Assembly: GCF_016432865.1 (NCBI RefSeq)
Contig: NC_067403.1
Span: 200,694,001 to 200,758,000 of the forward strand
DNA length: 64,000 nucleotides
DNA from: Antechinus flavipes
Lineage: Eukaryota
Reading direction: 5' to 3'
The position numbers and the translations under genes are program-made. Positions 62,666 through 64,000 of the stretch are shown here, in pieces (within the stretch, counting starts at the first letter, position 1; each line of letters starts with the position of its first letter). The notes below the pieces were generated by a model. The model had not been told where the DNA came from and searched no databases. It worked only from the letters and a program-made list of their open reading frames with translations.

Positions 62666-64000
62666 AAAGCCCCTGTATCGTGCATGTCTGTATGGACATC
62701 TAAGTGAGTGCTGATATCTGAGCTTCTGCTTGTAGCGACTGGACATGAAGCCTCTGATTACCCAGCTCTTTGTGCGTGGATGCATGTGTCTAAGTGACGT
62801 ATTTCTCCTTTACTATTTGTGAATTGTGATAGGAACCTTCGGGTATGGAAGAAATGTACCCAGATCTCCCTGTCACTGCATCCCTGAGTATGCCTCTGGC
62901 AGAACTGTCTGTGTTCCCGGAGCTTTCTCTCTGAGGGGAGATGGTAGGGCCTGAGCCTATTTGGGTGATTGAGGAGCATTCTCTGGACTTTCCATTCAGC
63001 CTTCATGATTCTGATTCTCCACCCCAAGGGTTAAAGAGAAACCTAGAATACAAAAGCTTTCCCTTTGTCAGAGCCCCAAGCCCCTGAGGGGAGGGGGACT
63101 ATGGAAAGGGCATCCCAGGGTTCTAGAAGCAATGTGGAGGCAGTTGGGAAGGAGCACAAACTATTGGCTGTGCTCAGAGGTCTCAGGAAGAAGCAACCAG
63201 CCCTAAAGGTGATGGCTATGTACTGTACTCCATGTCCATCTTCTTTCCATCTTAGAAAACCCTGGGAGTGGGAAATAGATCTGGACAGAGCTCTATTCCA
63301 GGAGCCCAGGATGAGCCACGCCGCCAGGATGGTAGAATTCTGATTGTTGTCTTCAGCCCATGCCAGCCCAAATCTGTCTCCAGCCCTGAGCCTCAAAGAA
63401 ACCATTATTCATGAGTATCACTAGAGCAATGAGCAGGTCAGCACATTCTGTAACCACACCACTAGGATCCCATACAACTGTTATCACCAAACATGACGTA
63501 GAAATTGGCCAGTAAGAAAGTAGCCTCAACAGGATATAGACCATGACATTGGACTATAACCCTCAATATATCTTTCCCCCGACATGGTGCCTGCTCAGTT
63601 CCCCTTCTTCGCTATCCTTTACTCGCTAGTTATCATATCATCATCATACAGTAATGTCCCCTCAGTGGGTTTTTCTGTATGCAGTCCATGTAACTATATG
63701 TGCAGTTCTACTGAGGCTTCACGATCTTTAGCAACTCCTCCTTTAACTCAGAATTTACATATTTTAGCATGTGATCAGTATCATTTTCTCTATAAAAATC
63801 CTTGTTTTGTTTGGCTGGGCATTGAATGTGTAAGTATCATTATAATATCTTTACTTAAGTTGGACTCGGAGCTCTTTCAGAGGCATCAGAGTGACACAGA
63901 CCTGATAGCTCAACAACATATTCTCTTCTTAATAAGCAAAAATTGTAAAAAGAATATGCTTAGCGAGGGAATATCCCATGATCCCCAATTGAAGGCTTCT

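Noticed and set aside
1-64000. CRISPR arrays, rRNA, tRNA or snoRNA genes
   Set aside because: None seen. This is mammalian DNA and the repeats are SINEs, LINEs, LTRs, MITEs and simple repeats. A small ncRNA could be missed without an Infernal/Rfam search.

Overview
64 kb of intron- and repeat-rich marsupial genomic DNA. The WSINE1-type SINEs, marsupial L1 3' UTRs and mesotocin point to an Australian marsupial, most likely a dasyurid; this is inference, and the species cannot be fixed from the sequence alone. The window is the conserved PTPRA-GNRH2-MRPS26-oxytocin-family locus. It holds the last 13 exons of PTPRA (+), a complete GNRH2 (+), a complete MRPS26 (+), a complete mesotocin-neurophysin gene (OXT orthologue, CYIQNCPIG, -) and a complete arginine vasopressin-neurophysin II-copeptin gene ([12 protein letters not shown], -). 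All exons were located by reading splice sites and checking frame by hand. The two nonapeptide genes are tandem (AVP then MT on the same strand), not tail-to-tail as in eutherians. Most notable observations: (1) a 13-residue-longer MT signal peptide, best explained by a 36-nt insertion; (2) only about 79% identity between MT and AVP exon 2, with a strong GC/CpG asymmetry, suggesting gene conversion has stopped; (3) unusual substitutions at conserved neurophysin positions (MT N48R and R66F, AVP G71E); (4) a candidate poison or alternative terminal exon in a PTPRA intron; (5) several local duplications or templated insertions; (6) young L1 copies with perfect TSDs nested in older L1s between AVP and MT. 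I found no evidence of a wholly new gene system. Most ORF-track entries are chance or repeat-derived.
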